Positions 44,947 through 57,989 of a stretch of 64,000 nucleotides of DNA are shown piece after piece. The notes beneath the pieces were generated by a model that did not search any database, was not told the DNA's origin, and saw only the letters and a program-made list of their open reading frames with translations. Origin of the DNA: Podospora anserina (Eukaryota); NCBI GenBank assembly GCA_017654855.1, contig CM030333.1, forward strand, positions 806,001 through 870,000, given 5' to 3'. How positions within the stretch are numbered: position 1 is the stretch's first letter; every line of letters begins with the position of its first letter. Made by a program: the position numbers and the translations under genes.

Positions 44947-47100
44947 ATGGCTGGCGTCGAGGGCGTGGCTTTCGTGACTGGCGGCCTACCCCTCGCGGGG
45001 AACAAACAAAGCGGCAGCTTCTACAGCCATGACATGGACGAGGCAGGATCGACCGATTTCTTTGACCAATTTGTCATGTTCGATGGCTCCGACTCGGAAA
45101 CTACCGCGGAAGGGGGCGGCGGCCTCGGCCAGTTTTGCGGCGCTTCTGGCCTGCCCATGTCGCCACAGCTCTCGTCCATCGAACCATCACTGTCGATGCC
45201 CATCGCCGCCGAGACTGGCGGTGGTGGTGCGGCTGGGACTCACGGGAACTTCGGGCCACCGGGAGCCATCCACGGCAACGTCAATGGCCACAGTTTGCCT
45301 GCCGGTGGCTGGCAGGGTGCCGTCAACTCCCCTATCATTGCCCGTCCTCGTCAGTTTCACCAGCAACAGGCACAGCGACTTCAACGATCGACGACCAATA
45401 TTGGGGACCTCAAGATCAAACCGGATACCGAGGTTGACGGCCTACCCTATACCACCAGCGGGTTTGGAGAAGCTCTCGGTGGAGGAACCGTGTCAGACTC
45501 GGAGCTTCTCAAGCTCGAGGGGCTGTCGATGCGCGCGACAAAAGTCGAAGTGCCTCAGCCAGCCGCTTCTGTTCCTCCCTCGCCCACTCCTCTGGCAAGC
45601 AGTCCCAAGAAGACTAGTCGCCTAGGGGCTTTCTGTTCGAGATTCCGCAGCAAAGCGGCTTCCACACTTCAGGGCAAGTCAAAACAGCAACAGATGGAGA
45701 TCAAGCAAGAATCCATTTCGACTCCCGTCATTTCTTCTGCCCAGATGGGAGGAGGGGCAGCAAAGCCTCGGCCAGGTCGACCAAGACCTGTCAATCTGGA
45801 TCTCACCAAATCACAACTACCCCTTTCTCCACCACTGACCGGTGCGGTGCCTACCTCATCGCAGCCACAGACCATCAGTGGTGATCAACTGATGAATGGC
45901 AGCAACATCAATAATAATAATATGAATTTCGTCAACGGTTTCATCGACGACCCTTTTCTAACCGGCCAATTCCTGAGAGAGGGACAATTCGCCGCTCCAT
46001 TACCAATGAACAACAACAGCAACAACATGCCCCATACGCCACTGCAAACCCCCCTGATCGATAGCATCCCAGCCTCCTGGCAACTCCCCGTCACATCCCC
46101 AGGCTTCGTGTTGTCTCCCAATGGCGAAATCAACACCAACTGGTGGGACACAACCGGCATCGACGCAATGGACACCGACCCGATAACCAACCTTTTCCCT
46201 CCCACCACCTCCTCCACCACCACCAACCCCCGTGACGCCTCCCTCAACTTGGCTATGCACTTCCCCCCCAACTCCTTCGAATACCCCCTCCCCCCCGGAG
46301 CAGAAGACTTTTCCGTCTCCCAAAACCTAATGCTTCACATGCCCCAACCCCGCGGGCCCAACTCTGCAGTCCTCCACCCTCAATACCGCGCCCAGATGCA
46401 ACAGCAACAATCATCCTCCTCCTCCTCCTCCCGGCGTCCCAAACCCCGCGCCCCTTCTTCAGGAGCCCGCCACCACCACTATACCACCTCCGGCCCGGGC
46501 ATGTCCCCAAGGAAAACTCGCACCGTCGCCTCCGGCTCGTCAACAACCCCCTCCCCAACAACAACAACCACCACCACCTCCTCCAAACCTATCCCCCCTG
46601 GCGGTAGATCACACCGGAGATCAACAAGCATGACCGCCCTCCCCTCAGGCACCCTCCTCGACCCCCCTTCTACTTCCCAATCATCCTCCGCCGCAATAAG
46701 AAAACGCCGCTCCTGGACCGGCCGTCGGGTCTCGCATTCCTCATCGCAGATTAACCTCCATTCTCTCGCCTCTCCTTCCCAATCGTCGCGAGGTCATAAA
46801 TCCACGCGCCGGACAGCGTCGTGTTCGTCGCTTGCGGCACTGGCCGGTATGGGTGGTGTGGAGCATAATGGTGGTGGAGGGGGAGGGGGGTCATTTGTGA
46901 ACTACACGCCGAACGACAAGCAGCTCCTCATGACGGGGGTCGCGCCGAGCGGGAGCAGCAAGACAAAGTTGCGCAGAGAGAAGGAGGCGAAGGAGAAGGC
47001 GAGGGAGTTCAAAGAGCGGTTGGCGAGGGCGGTGGAGGCGGCGGGGGGGGATTTGAAACGGTTGGAGGAGGTGGAGGAGGGGTTGGCTTTGGGGGTGTAA
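44947..47100 (+). CDS. wetA: developmental regulator WetA (ESC1/WetA C-terminal domain)
   Basis: C-terminal SFVNYTPNDKQLLMTGVAPSGSSKTKLRREKEA..L.RAV.AAGGD. Also DFFDQFV and SDSELLKLEGL blocks. Confidence 0.92.
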   Translation: MAGVEGVAFVTGGLPLAGNKQSGSFYSHDMDEAGSTDFFDQFVMFDGSDSETTAEGGGGLGQFCGASGLPMSPQLSSIEPSLSMPIAAETGGGGAAGTHGNFGPPGAIHGNVNGHSLPAGGWQGAVNSPIIARPRQFHQQQAQRLQRSTTNIGDLKIKPDTEVDGLPYTTSGFGEALGGGTVSDSELLKLEGLSMRATKVEVPQPAASVPPSPTPLASSPKKTSRLGAFCSRFRSKAASTLQGKSKQQQMEIKQESISTPVISSAQMGGGAAKPRPGRPRPVNLDLTKSQLPLSPPLTGAVPTSSQPQTISGDQLMNGSNINNNNMNFVNGFIDDPFLTGQFLREGQFAAPLPMNNNSNNMPHTPLQTPLIDSIPASWQLPVTSPGFVLSPNGEINTNWWDTTGIDAMDTDPITNLFPPTTSSTTTNPRDASLNLAMHFPPNSFEYPLPPGAEDFSVSQNLMLHMPQPRGPNSAVLHPQYRAQMQQQQSSSSSSSRRPKPRAPSSGARHHHYTTSGPGMSPRKTRTVASGSSTTPSPTTTTTTTSSKPIPPGGRSHRRSTSMTALPSGTLLDPPSTSQSSSAAIRKRRSWTGRRVSHSSSQINLHSLASPSQSSRGHKSTRRTASCSSLAALAGMGGVEHNGGGGGGGSFVNYTPNDKQLLMTGVAPSGSSKTKLRREKEAKEKAREFKERLARAVEAAGGDLKRLEEVEEGLALGV

Positions 47101-47305
47101 AACCGAGGGGGTAATCAAGGCTGACAGCCGGCCGAGAGTTATTTTCTTGAACTTTGATTTCAAAGGGCGTTTTGAATGGCCGGGATGTTCTCTTGGATAT
47201 GGGGTTTCTTGTTATTCTTTTTTGTTATGGGAATGTTTGTTCACGGTTAAACAGTTTTTATTGATATCAAAGAGCCCTTTCGCTTCATTTTGGTGGAATT
47301 TTGGG

Positions 47306-47360
47306 ACACACACACACACACACACACAAAACAAAACAAAACAAAACAAAACAAAACACA
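47306..47360. repeat. compound (CA)n(CAAAA)n microsatellite
   Basis: Directly visible downstream of wetA. Confidence 0.9.
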
Positions 47361-47954
47361 TCAAACCACAGCAATGACAGACTAAGAAAGAGAAGAGAAA
47401 CTGCGAGACCGAAAAGACACTCCTTGTATTATTTTAACAGTTGGGATAGTTTCTTTATTTGAGACCAAATTCAACCTATTCACCGCTAACACACCTGAGC
47501 TTCATGAGTGGGATTTACTGCACTTTTTACACATTGGTTGTGTAACATAACAAACACCCTTGGACGGTGCATTGCATTTTCATGTTTTCTAGACTTTGAG
47601 AAAAAAAAGAAAGAAAAACTTTAAAGCCTTTGGTGTTTGAAACAGGTTTCCAAGACCTTAACAGTCAGTCCTTCAAGACGTTGAGTTCAAGCAATGAGGG
47701 GTCCAGACGTTAAGATAAAAGACAATCCGTAACACCGGATAATAAAGTGCTTGGCCTGGAGACAGATAACTACATCAATGTCAGTGGAAGCTTACATGTC
47801 TTCATTTGCAGTGGTGAAACATTATGGCGGCATTATTGTGTAAGCAAGCAATATCCAAGACAGACGACATCACCCGCTACCAAACTCCCAACCCATTCTT
47901 ACAAAAGCAACGTAGCACATAAAATCCAATCATCAAACCCCCCCCCCCGCCGCG

Positions 47955-49622
47955 TCACTCCTTGACAGAACACACCCCCTCCACCCATCTCGCGAACCTC
48001 ACGACCGGGGCATCCACCCCCCTCCAGAATATATCCGACACCCAGATCACCGCCGGGACAATGACCAGAGCCGCCAGACCAAAGCCCAGGTCATACCTCC
48101 CCTCCGTCTCTACCCCCGTGATCCTCGTCCAGACAAACCTCTCAACAGCATACCCAAACGTATGCAACACCGGCCCGTGCATCAAGTACATCGCATAGCT
48201 AATCCGTCCCAGATACTGCACCGGTCCCCAGGCAAAAAACCCCTGCCACCCCTTACACCTCCCCACAGCCATCACAAACAACCCCGCCCCGAGGCTCTGG
48301 TAGTACCTATACCTCTCCTCCTCCTCCCACCACCCCGGTATCATGTCCGTAAGCGTCACCCACCCAGGCGTCCTCTCGCTCCCCACATCAGGCTGGCTCA
48401 TGAACCACAACCCCACCAGACTCACCACCACCCACCCCCACCCCCCTCCTTGCTTTCTCTTCCTGTCCTTGCTCCACACATCCCGCTCCGCCAACCCCAT
48501 CCCCCACAAGAAAAGCACCACCTCCCACCTCCCGCTCCCAAAACAATACCCCACCACCCCTCCCCCCACAGCCCACCGCCTCACCCCCCTCTTCACCCTC
48601 GCCGTCCCGACGAGCACCAAAAACAAAATCATGCTAGCCCTAAACTCGACAGGTATAGTCCAGAGGTGAACATCCATCCTCGTCAGCCCGCCCGCCACCT
48701 CCCAATCCCAGACATGCATAAACTCCCCCACCCCCTTTCCCCAGTCCAGCATCTGCTCTGCCGTCGAGTTCAGCGCCTCATAGTGCGTCTCTTGAACATT
48801 CCGAACGTAGACCTCATCGTGCGCAAAGTCACCCATGGCGGTGTAGGCACCCATCCGGGTGAGGATGACGACGAAGAAAGCGGAGATCGCCGGCGGGAGG
48901 AACAGGCGGAGGCAGCGCCGGAAGATGAGGCTCGATAGGGCGGTGGAGAAGGCCGAGCAGTTTTGGGAGGCGAGGAGGGTGAGGGGCTTGAGGGATAGAG
49001 CGTAGCCCGAGATGACGAAAAACACGGCCACCATCGGGGGGCCGGAGTACAAAAGGCGGATGAAGGGGAGCTTGAAAGGGTGGAGGTGGTCTGGTGTGTA
49101 GGGGTTGGGGGGGAGGGAGGTGGTGGTGGTGGTGCTGCTGTGGAAGGGGGATTCGTTGTAGGGGCCGGAGGAGGATGTATTGTGGAAGTCACCGTCGCTG
49201 TCGTCGAGGGAGGGAGGTGGGGGGACATACCCGTACCCGGTGGCGATGGTGTAGCAGGTGTAGAGGTAGTGGCAGAAGAAGACAAATAAAGCGGCCAGGC
49301 CGCGGATGCCGTCGAGGTAGGCGGTGGGGGACTTGGGGATTGGTTGGACGTAGCCTGGTTGGAGGAAGGAGGGTAGTAGGAAGATGAGGGTGCGTTTCAA
49401 AAGGGAGCGTGGTGGGCGGTGACGGGGAGGCAAGGGGGATGGTGGCGGGAGGGTGAAAAGGGGGTCGTGTGTTTCGAGGTCGGGGATGAACTTTTCTGTT
49501 TCGTCAAATGATGATGATGATGATGAGGAGGAGGAGGAGGAGGATGAGGAGGATGAAGAGGACGAAGAAGAAGAAGGGAGGCTGAGGGTTTCCTGGTATG
49601 TGAGGGGGGTGTATCCCGCCAT
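47955..49622 (-). CDS. acyltransferase 3 family membrane protein (OafA-like)
   Basis: TAYLDGIRGLAA, VFFVISGY, RR.LRL, HLWTIPVEF, YLGRISYAMYLMH motifs. ATG at 49622 followed by a poly-Ser tract. Confidence 0.92.
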   Translation of the reverse strand: MAGYTPLTYQETLSLPSSSSSSSSSSSSSSSSSSSSSSFDETEKFIPDLETHDPLFTLPPPSPLPPRHRPPRSLLKRTLIFLLPSFLQPGYVQPIPKSPTAYLDGIRGLAALFVFFCHYLYTCYTIATGYGYVPPPPSLDDSDGDFHNTSSSGPYNESPFHSSTTTTTSLPPNPYTPDHLHPFKLPFIRLLYSGPPMVAVFFVISGYALSLKPLTLLASQNCSAFSTALSSLIFRRCLRLFLPPAISAFFVVILTRMGAYTAMGDFAHDEVYVRNVQETHYEALNSTAEQMLDWGKGVGEFMHVWDWEVAGGLTRMDVHLWTIPVEFRASMILFLVLVGTARVKRGVRRWAVGGGVVGYCFGSGRWEVVLFLWGMGLAERDVWSKDRKRKQGGGWGWVVVSLVGLWFMSQPDVGSERTPGWVTLTDMIPGWWEEEERYRYYQSLGAGLFVMAVGRCKGWQGFFAWGPVQYLGRISYAMYLMHGPVLHTFGYAVERFVWTRITGVETEGRYDLGFGLAALVIVPAVIWVSDIFWRGVDAPVVRFARWVEGVCSVKE

Positions 49623-50674
49623 GATTTGCTTGTTGTTTCCGGTCAGGGGAAAAACGGGTACAGGACCCAGACGGCACCGAGTATTTGACCAGCCGGCTGA
49701 GGATGGTTTGCGATTCGAAAATGAAGAAGAGATAATCACGGCTCTAACTGACAAGAGAACGAAACACAGAAGGAAAATAAATGAGAGGAAGAACAGAAGA
49801 CATTGAGATGATATGAACCTACAGAAATAACCCAACCTCTTGCCATGCCGAGAGAAAAGGGGGCTAACCAAGACGAAACGGTGGCTAGCATCTAGCGTCA
49901 ACTCTCCACGGTCACCAACAGTCGTACCCTTCCGCCGGTTATTTTCGGTTCCTGGCGTTTCATCCGAGATATCTGCAGCACAAGGCTAGAGTCTCTACAT
50001 GAGGGGCTATGCTGACTGATGTTCATGATGAGGTCTTGATTCGCCCAACATCATGCCAGCAAAACCACACACAATGGATGGTCCTTGGGGAATCAAACAG
50101 GTCCATCATGAAAGGAAGCATAGTGCTCGCTTGTGGGGATAAGACCGATTGCTATCCAATATCAGCCAGTCAGGTCAACTCAAGTCTCCCAGACAACAAG
50201 AGTGAGGACGAAATAAGGTTTACCAATCCAGGGGGCCAGGGGCCTGAACGTTGAACCAAGCATTCGGGTCGCCCCACCGTTGTTCCCCGGACCCCCACAT
50301 CCCGATCTCCCCTTCTCCTCTTGTTCCACTGCCGCCGAGTGCCGCTCGATCCAGAGCCTGGAGAACAGAGCCGGGCATTCCGAGGTATGCCCTCAAAAGT
50401 CCGAACTGTGTCTGTGGGTCCCCTGTATCCATCAGTATCCATCAGCAACAGTCAAGACGCAGAGAAGAGATATGAATAACATTGTCGGTGCGCCCGCAGC
50501 AAGAGGCGCGTCTAGGATCAGTCGTGCTGCTCCAAACATAGTACCTACGCAACTCCTGGAGAAACTACTTTTTGGTTTAACGTCACAGCCATGAAAACCC
50601 CCGGCTCTAATCCATGTGCTCCCAAAACGCCCAGACTCCGTGCCCGCTCCTGTGTGTATCATTCTGACACCCGC

Positions 50675-51891
<1,217 letters not shown>

Positions 51892-52961
51892 ATTGGACGA
51901 TGGCAACAGCAACGTGTGGCAAAGTTGGAGGAGTTGAGAAAGAGTGTAAGCGGGCGACCGATCGAAGAGTGACGTGAGTCAATCGAGGGTTCTCAGCCGT
52001 AGTTGAAGGATTTCTCGAACTGAAACGTATTCTCTCAGGACCACCGCCGATCGAGCCGTCAGGGGCCGTGCCGCACGAGGAGAGAGAGCGAGGTCCGCCG
52101 CCGCGATGCGACAGTGATTGATGGCTGGATTTTTGGGGCGGGCTGGAAGGGTCCGGTGTTTCCTGACAGGCTCAACAGATTGGCAGTCGGTCGATCGGTA
52201 GGTCAGGGCAGCATTCGGAGTGGGAGGAAGAAAGGCACAATCTGTATATAAATGAGAAGAAAATGTCGCCTCCGGAAATCTGGGCCCGAGGTGGGATCAA
52301 GGACAGCGAACGCCGAAGAAAGTTGCGTCTCTTCACAGGCAGGTGACAGCAAACCATTAGGCGTGCGATGCCCCAATCTGGTTTCGTGCACTCTCGACTC
52401 TCGGCCTCGGGAATTGGCGGGGTTGCTCCACCCCGGTCTTCTTCCGCTGCCATTCACCAATCAGCGCACAAAGATTTCAAACATTCGGCTGGCCCCACTC
52501 CGCTGAGAAAATCGCCATGGTCTCAACGTCCAACACTTTTTTTGTGTTGTCGGCAACTCCAGGGCCTCCCCGGCTTGTGAGGGAGATGCAGTGATGCTCA
52601 GATCTTACACCACAGCCGCTGATCAATGATTGAAAGGACGAACTCATGATTTTAACCAAGTAAACTTCGCCGTACCTGCACTACCTTCTTTGAAGTCTCC
52701 ATAACACATCTGACAAATGTCAACATCACAGATGAACCAGGGCCAGAGTGTGTTCATAATATCAAGTATGTATCGTCGTATAAAATAAAAACATCGAACC
52801 CCAATTATTACATAACAGACATTGGTATCATATAGAAGAGTAAACACCCCATCCACCACTTCCTCTCCTCTCGTCTTCCGCTCTCACATCATCGACTCAT
52901 TACTCCTTCTCACCACTCTCCCCTCTACACCAGTGTTAATCATCAGGGCATCCTCGGACCC

Positions 52962-53876
52962 TTAGAACCATCTCCGCCTCCTCCTGGGCGCAACAGGAGT
53001 CCCATAATCAGTAGCCGGCACCTCCCCCTTCACAGCCCTCTTCCTCTCCCTCCTCTTATGAATCCTCCCACTGCAGCAGCTGAAGAAAACAACAACAGCA
53101 CCGACCAAGCTCAACACCGCAGCCGCGAGCGTCATCCAGGCAGCATTATCATAGTAAACCCTCTCCACCTGCAACCCCAAGCTATCCTCATCGTCACTAT
53201 CCCACCCATTGCTCAGATTGCTCCTCACAATGCCAAACAGGACAAAGTCAATGATGCAGGTCACAGCCGTGATGATAAAGGCCAAGACAGCAACAAGAGA
53301 CGCCAGCAGCGATCCAACCATACCCGCGCCCAACGCAAGGATAAAAGCGATAAAGTTGAAGGCCGCGGCGATGGGGTGGAGGACCATGGCCTTTGTGAGC
53401 GCGCGCGAGGTGCGCACCGAGTTGTCAGAGTAGAACTCGCCAAAGGTCTGCTCGGGGGAGAAGTTGGGGTTGCCCGACTGGCCACGGTTGGGGCCGACGA
53501 GGCCCTGGATGATGCCGAGGGGGGAGTACCCGAGGTGGCGGGGGCATTGGCCTCTGTTTTTCACTCGTCATTTAGCATCATGGGGTGAGCGGTGGAGTGA
53601 AGAGAGGAGGTCAACTTACCCAAGGACATCATTCAAACAATACCCAAAAACACCAAACGTAACCGAGGGATCGTTTCCGTTCCGTCCACTCTCCCCATCA
53701 GCAAGATCGGGCAGGAAGTTGAACCCGCCATTGTTGGTCCCGCCGCCAGGGAGCTCGACCTTGAGGAGAGCGATAGATCTCACTACTGGGGCCGAGATGC
53801 AGGTGATGATCAGCAAGACGGTGGCTGAAAACAGCAAGAAGGTGCCAAAGTGGTGGATGAAGCCTGTCCGGGCCAT
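52962..53876 (-). CDS. SUR7/PalI family membrane protein; intron 53619-53554
   Basis: N-terminal hydrophobic helix, FGVFGYC...C...LGY motif, LTKAMVLHPIA, three more TM segments. Confidence 0.9.
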
Positions 53877-55004
53877 CTTGAAGAGCCTGACTGTTGTGGG
53901 ACAAACGTATAAACGTATCAAAATCACCGGATGATGAGAAGAAAGGGAAATTCATCCACCATCCAGAGCAGCTGGAATGTCTTTCTTGTATTTGTCCCAT
54001 AAGGCCCACACCCTGAAACATGGAAACCCACCAGCCCAGCAAGGAACACTCAACCACATTCACACCTAATGAAGGCCGACGTCATCAGCCTGCCCAGTCC
54101 TTCTCAGCCATGCCGCATCGCGGGAAATCGGCAAGGGGCCTCACCCATCGGCCTGACCAACCAGAAAAGCCCAGTATGTTCTCTTCTGTGTGTCTGAGAA
54201 TCTGTGGAGGAGCGTGATTGGCGATCGGGCTGATGACGTAGCAGGAATCCGGGGCTGTGTACATTGGGCTTGGCAAAGCACTTATGAACTTCTTGGCGGG
54301 CAAGGAAACGGGCGGCCCTGTTTTTGGGCGGGATGTCATCTGGTTTTTTTTGGATTTTTTTTTGGATGAGGTGGTTGGTAAAAGAGGTGAGATCATGTTT
54401 GATGAAAGAGTTGGCAGTGGGAGGTGGCATCGGGAAGGCGTTGAAGATGACAAAGGGACTTTGCATGTTTGGTATGCAGGGACTACCTACATACACCTAA
54501 GATCCCATCGTCAACATTGATGGTTGCTCAAAGAGCGATGAGATGATGGGAGAACCAATCAGACATTTTGGTGTACACCTCTGTAAGAGATCGCTAGCGT
54601 CATGTCTAGGTGGTGGTGGACTGCTGGCCACCGCAGTGATCTGATGCCACGCGTCTTTGTACTATATTCTCTTCAGCTGAAGAGAACAGCCACATTTGTG
54701 GGTTTATATCTCGTAATTTCAGCTTTTAGCCAATTACTTTGAAGGCCTGGACTAGCTCCAAAAGTCATGATGGTCTGCATACAGATGTCAAACAGTTCTC
54801 ACATACATGTCTAGCTGCAGATCCCCTGTAAAGACAGCTATGTTGTCGACAGAGGGACAGGCACACTAACATCAGCTTATCCGAGGGATCCTTGAAAGGT
54901 GATAAGACATCCTTGAGATCGTGTCATTGTTCCAGTGTGTCAAAAGTGAAAAATCCGTTGGTGAAAGAAACATGGTTTCAACACTTCCTAACCTTTCCAT
55001 GCCG

Positions 55005-55190
55005 TCTATCCAAGCTTTTAAACATCCTTTATCCCAGCATTTAAAGTCTATTGGAAGCTCGGGTTTGATTGATAACACTCAGTTTTCCGAGACTACAAGA
55101 CTATCTATCCTAGCTTTGCTGTTATGGCCCATCCCAGTTTCAAATGTCATCTCCTCGAGCTTGTTATACCACCTACCCCAGCTCCATGCA
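55005..55190. repeat. degenerate ~22-bp ATCCYAGCTT array
   Basis: atccaagctt 55008, atcccagcat 55030, atcctagctt 55107, atcccagttt 55131, ctcgagctt, accccagct. Confidence 0.6.
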
Positions 55191-55406
55191 TCCCCTAGAA
55201 GTGTAGATTCACGTATATATCGAACAAGTCGGCAAAAAATGCAATTGCTCGGGTACCTAGCCTGTATTTTACCAAGACATAATCACAACGACATCACCCT
55301 TTCCAGATAGCTTGTTCATCGCATTCATCATCAAATTAGCATTATCTCACCCTCAACTAAACTACAAACTCCCTCCCCCCCCCCAACACACACACCAAGC
55401 AAAACC

Positions 55407-57989
55407 CTACAACCAATTCCTCCCCTCCTCCTCCCAAGGCCTCGTCGCCCGACTGTAATCATACCCAACCCTCCACTCACTCACCAGCTCCTCCTCATCA
55501 ACCCCACAATGACTCTGCCCATCCCTTCCCCTAAACCACCCCAGCCCATACCTCTTCCCCACTCTTTCCAGCCACCCCTCCATCTCCCTATTCCCAAACT
55601 TGGCCGTCCCCACAAAGTCATAAAGCATCTTGCTCTGGTGTATGTAAGCCAGCACACTCGCAATAGTATTCGGTTGCCTCGGCAAGAACACCCTCCTCCT
55701 TTTCAAATGGGTAACGACGCTCAACACCCCCATATACAGCAGAATCAACAGAGCAAGCGTGAAGCTTATCCAGAAAGATGGAATTGTCTCCTGTCCGGCG
55801 TTGAGATCCAACGAGGTGGCGGTGGCTGTGGGGGCGGAGGAGATGAAAACACGGCCTTCGACTGTTGCTAGGGAGGTTACCAGCACGGTGAGGATCTCTG
55901 TGAGGATTGTGCCGAAGCCGACGAAGAAGACTAGCCAGTGTTTGTTGATTAGGCCTCTGATGGCTACCCAGCCAAAGGGCATGGCGGTGTAATCGAGCGT
56001 TAGCGTCTTTGGGGGTGCGTGTCGTTGGGAGAGGAGGTAGTATGGTTGCATGAGGCGGACGTCTGTCTCTAGTGCTCCCCAGGAGAGCTTGATGCACACG
56101 GCCAAGACGGTTATTAACCAGGGGGCGCGGTCGGTCAAGACTGTGGCGGGGGTGAAGAGGAATATGGGAATGAGGGCGATGAAGGCGAAGATGCCGGATA
56201 TCAAGGGGTATGCCCCGGCTGGGCGGAGCATCATGGGATGAGGGTTAGCAGAGAGGTGGTTTTTGGTGTATTTTTCCCGTTCTTGGATGGAAGGGGGGTT
56301 GGTGTCGTCTGGGGCGAGGGATGAGTTGCGGAGGACGTAGCGATGATCTTTTAGTTTGCTGTGAATGTCTTGGTGGGTGGCTACGTCCATGTCTTTGAAG
56401 TCCATGAGGATGTGGCTGACTGTTGCCATGGCGGCGAGGCCAGCGATGCCTTTGACGTCGGCTAATAGGCCAGACCGGCGGGTTTGGAGCTGATAGAATA
56501 GGACGCACCCAAAGGCGGCGATGATGACGAGCAAGGTTGTCAAAAGACGGGACCAGACGTGGTGTATGAGGATGCTCTTTTCTATGTGAGGGCGGTCCAG
56601 ACGAGTGTTGCGGTCAGGGGTTATGATCAAAGAGGCGGCTCCAAGGGCAGGAACCAATGTGTTGGCGAGCAAGCTGGCTGTTGACGACACAGCTACAGCA
56701 TAGTGTTTGCAGTGGATGGCCCGAAATGGACGCAGCCAGACGAATTGTGTCAGATACTCGACGTTGATGGACTCGTCCGCCAGTGCTCCTCCTTCCTTGG
56801 ATAGCTGATAGAACGGCTCAAGACGCATGACATCAAAGTTGGTAACCTGCCACATGACACCATATGTGGCCGCAATGGCCATCGGTAGAAACTTGACAGC
56901 AAAGTACTGGGCGGTCGAGATATCGTTGGGTGATTGAAATTTGACCAGGGCGTCCTGGGCAGAGCTTCGGTAGAGGATTTCCACGGATACGGCCATAACA
57001 ATGGATACCACAATCAACCATATCAAGTACGGCCATCTCATGGAAAATGGCTTCCAGTTGGGCTGTGGAAAAAAGACCTCTGTTTTGCTGGCGTTTGTTG
57101 GAAAGGTCGTCTGCCTCATGGCAAACTGTCCTGGCTCGTCCTCCACGTTCGGATCATGGCCACCAACCAGGCTGAGATCAAATTTGGACTGAGTGCCGGT
57201 GTCCTCTGTCATGACCACCTCGATTACTTCTCCGCGTTTGTTGGCCTCATTCTGTGCCATTTTCTTCACTGTGTCAGTGTGAGATAGCCGCCTGCTGCGT
57301 CTCGAGACGGAGAATGTGCGGCTCGGGGGTCGTTCCGTCACGGGAGTTATTGCCAGCAAATAATCTTCCGTGATTGTCGCTTCCGCTTTGATGCCCTTCC
57401 CCAAGCCCCCCGTCAACTTCCCCTGTGCCTCTTGCTCCTGTATTGCCTTCCAGAACTCTTCATCGGCTTTTGTCGCAGGGCCCAGCGCGCTGCTAACATC
57501 GAACGTTGGTGCTCTAGAGACTCGCGGGCCGGGTGCTGGTGGTTCCTCGCCTCCCAACGGGGCAGCGGACTTCATTAACCCAAGGTCAATACCGTCTTCC
57601 TCTTCCGGAATCGCATCGTGGCGTCGTTGTTGCTGTCTCTGGGCAAAACTGGGGCCGGCATTCTGAGGTGGTGCTATGAGGGTGGGCGATGATATTGGCT
57701 CATATGCGCCGCCTCCATTGCCCATGAACGACGTCCATCCGGTTGAGGCTCCCCCATAAGTGTGGCCAACATCATCGGCAGAACCATAGGGTCGTTTCCC
57801 AAACTGTTGTCGTAGGCTGTCGTCGGACTGGAGTGACACCAAAGAAGGCCGTGGGGGGATTACGGCCCCTGTCTCGTCGCGGAAGTTGTCAAAGTCGGTA
57901 ATGTCAGACACGGTAGATATCCTGCTGACAGAGCCTGAAGTGGCAGAACGGAGTGGAGGTCTTGGTCTCGGTGGGTAGGAAGGATCCAT
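55407..57989 (-). CDS. DUF3433 family multi-pass membrane protein
   Basis: 860-aa ORF. WKPFSMRWPYL, MRLEPFYQL, RLMQPYYLL, LTLDY, LPRQPNTIASVLAY, YGLGWF.G.DG..HCGVD motifs. Confidence 0.85.
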   Translation of the reverse strand: MDPSYPPRPRPPLRSATSGSVSRISTVSDITDFDNFRDETGAVIPPRPSLVSLQSDDSLRQQFGKRPYGSADDVGHTYGGASTGWTSFMGNGGGAYEPISSPTLIAPPQNAGPSFAQRQQQRRHDAIPEEEDGIDLGLMKSAAPLGGEEPPAPGPRVSRAPTFDVSSALGPATKADEEFWKAIQEQEAQGKLTGGLGKGIKAEATITEDYLLAITPVTERPPSRTFSVSRRSRRLSHTDTVKKMAQNEANKRGEVIEVVMTEDTGTQSKFDLSLVGGHDPNVEDEPGQFAMRQTTFPTNASKTEVFFPQPNWKPFSMRWPYLIWLIVVSIVMAVSVEILYRSSAQDALVKFQSPNDISTAQYFAVKFLPMAIAATYGVMWQVTNFDVMRLEPFYQLSKEGGALADESINVEYLTQFVWLRPFRAIHCKHYAVAVSSTASLLANTLVPALGAASLIITPDRNTRLDRPHIEKSILIHHVWSRLLTTLLVIIAAFGCVLFYQLQTRRSGLLADVKGIAGLAAMATVSHILMDFKDMDVATHQDIHSKLKDHRYVLRNSSLAPDDTNPPSIQEREKYTKNHLSANPHPMMLRPAGAYPLISGIFAFIALIPIFLFTPATVLTDRAPWLITVLAVCIKLSWGALETDVRLMQPYYLLSQRHAPPKTLTLDYTAMPFGWVAIRGLINKHWLVFFVGFGTILTEILTVLVTSLATVEGRVFISSAPTATATSLDLNAGQETIPSFWISFTLALLILLYMGVLSVVTHLKRRRVFLPRQPNTIASVLAYIHQSKMLYDFVGTAKFGNREMEGWLERVGKRYGLGWFRGRDGQSHCGVDEEELVSEWRVGYDYSRATRPWEEEGRNWL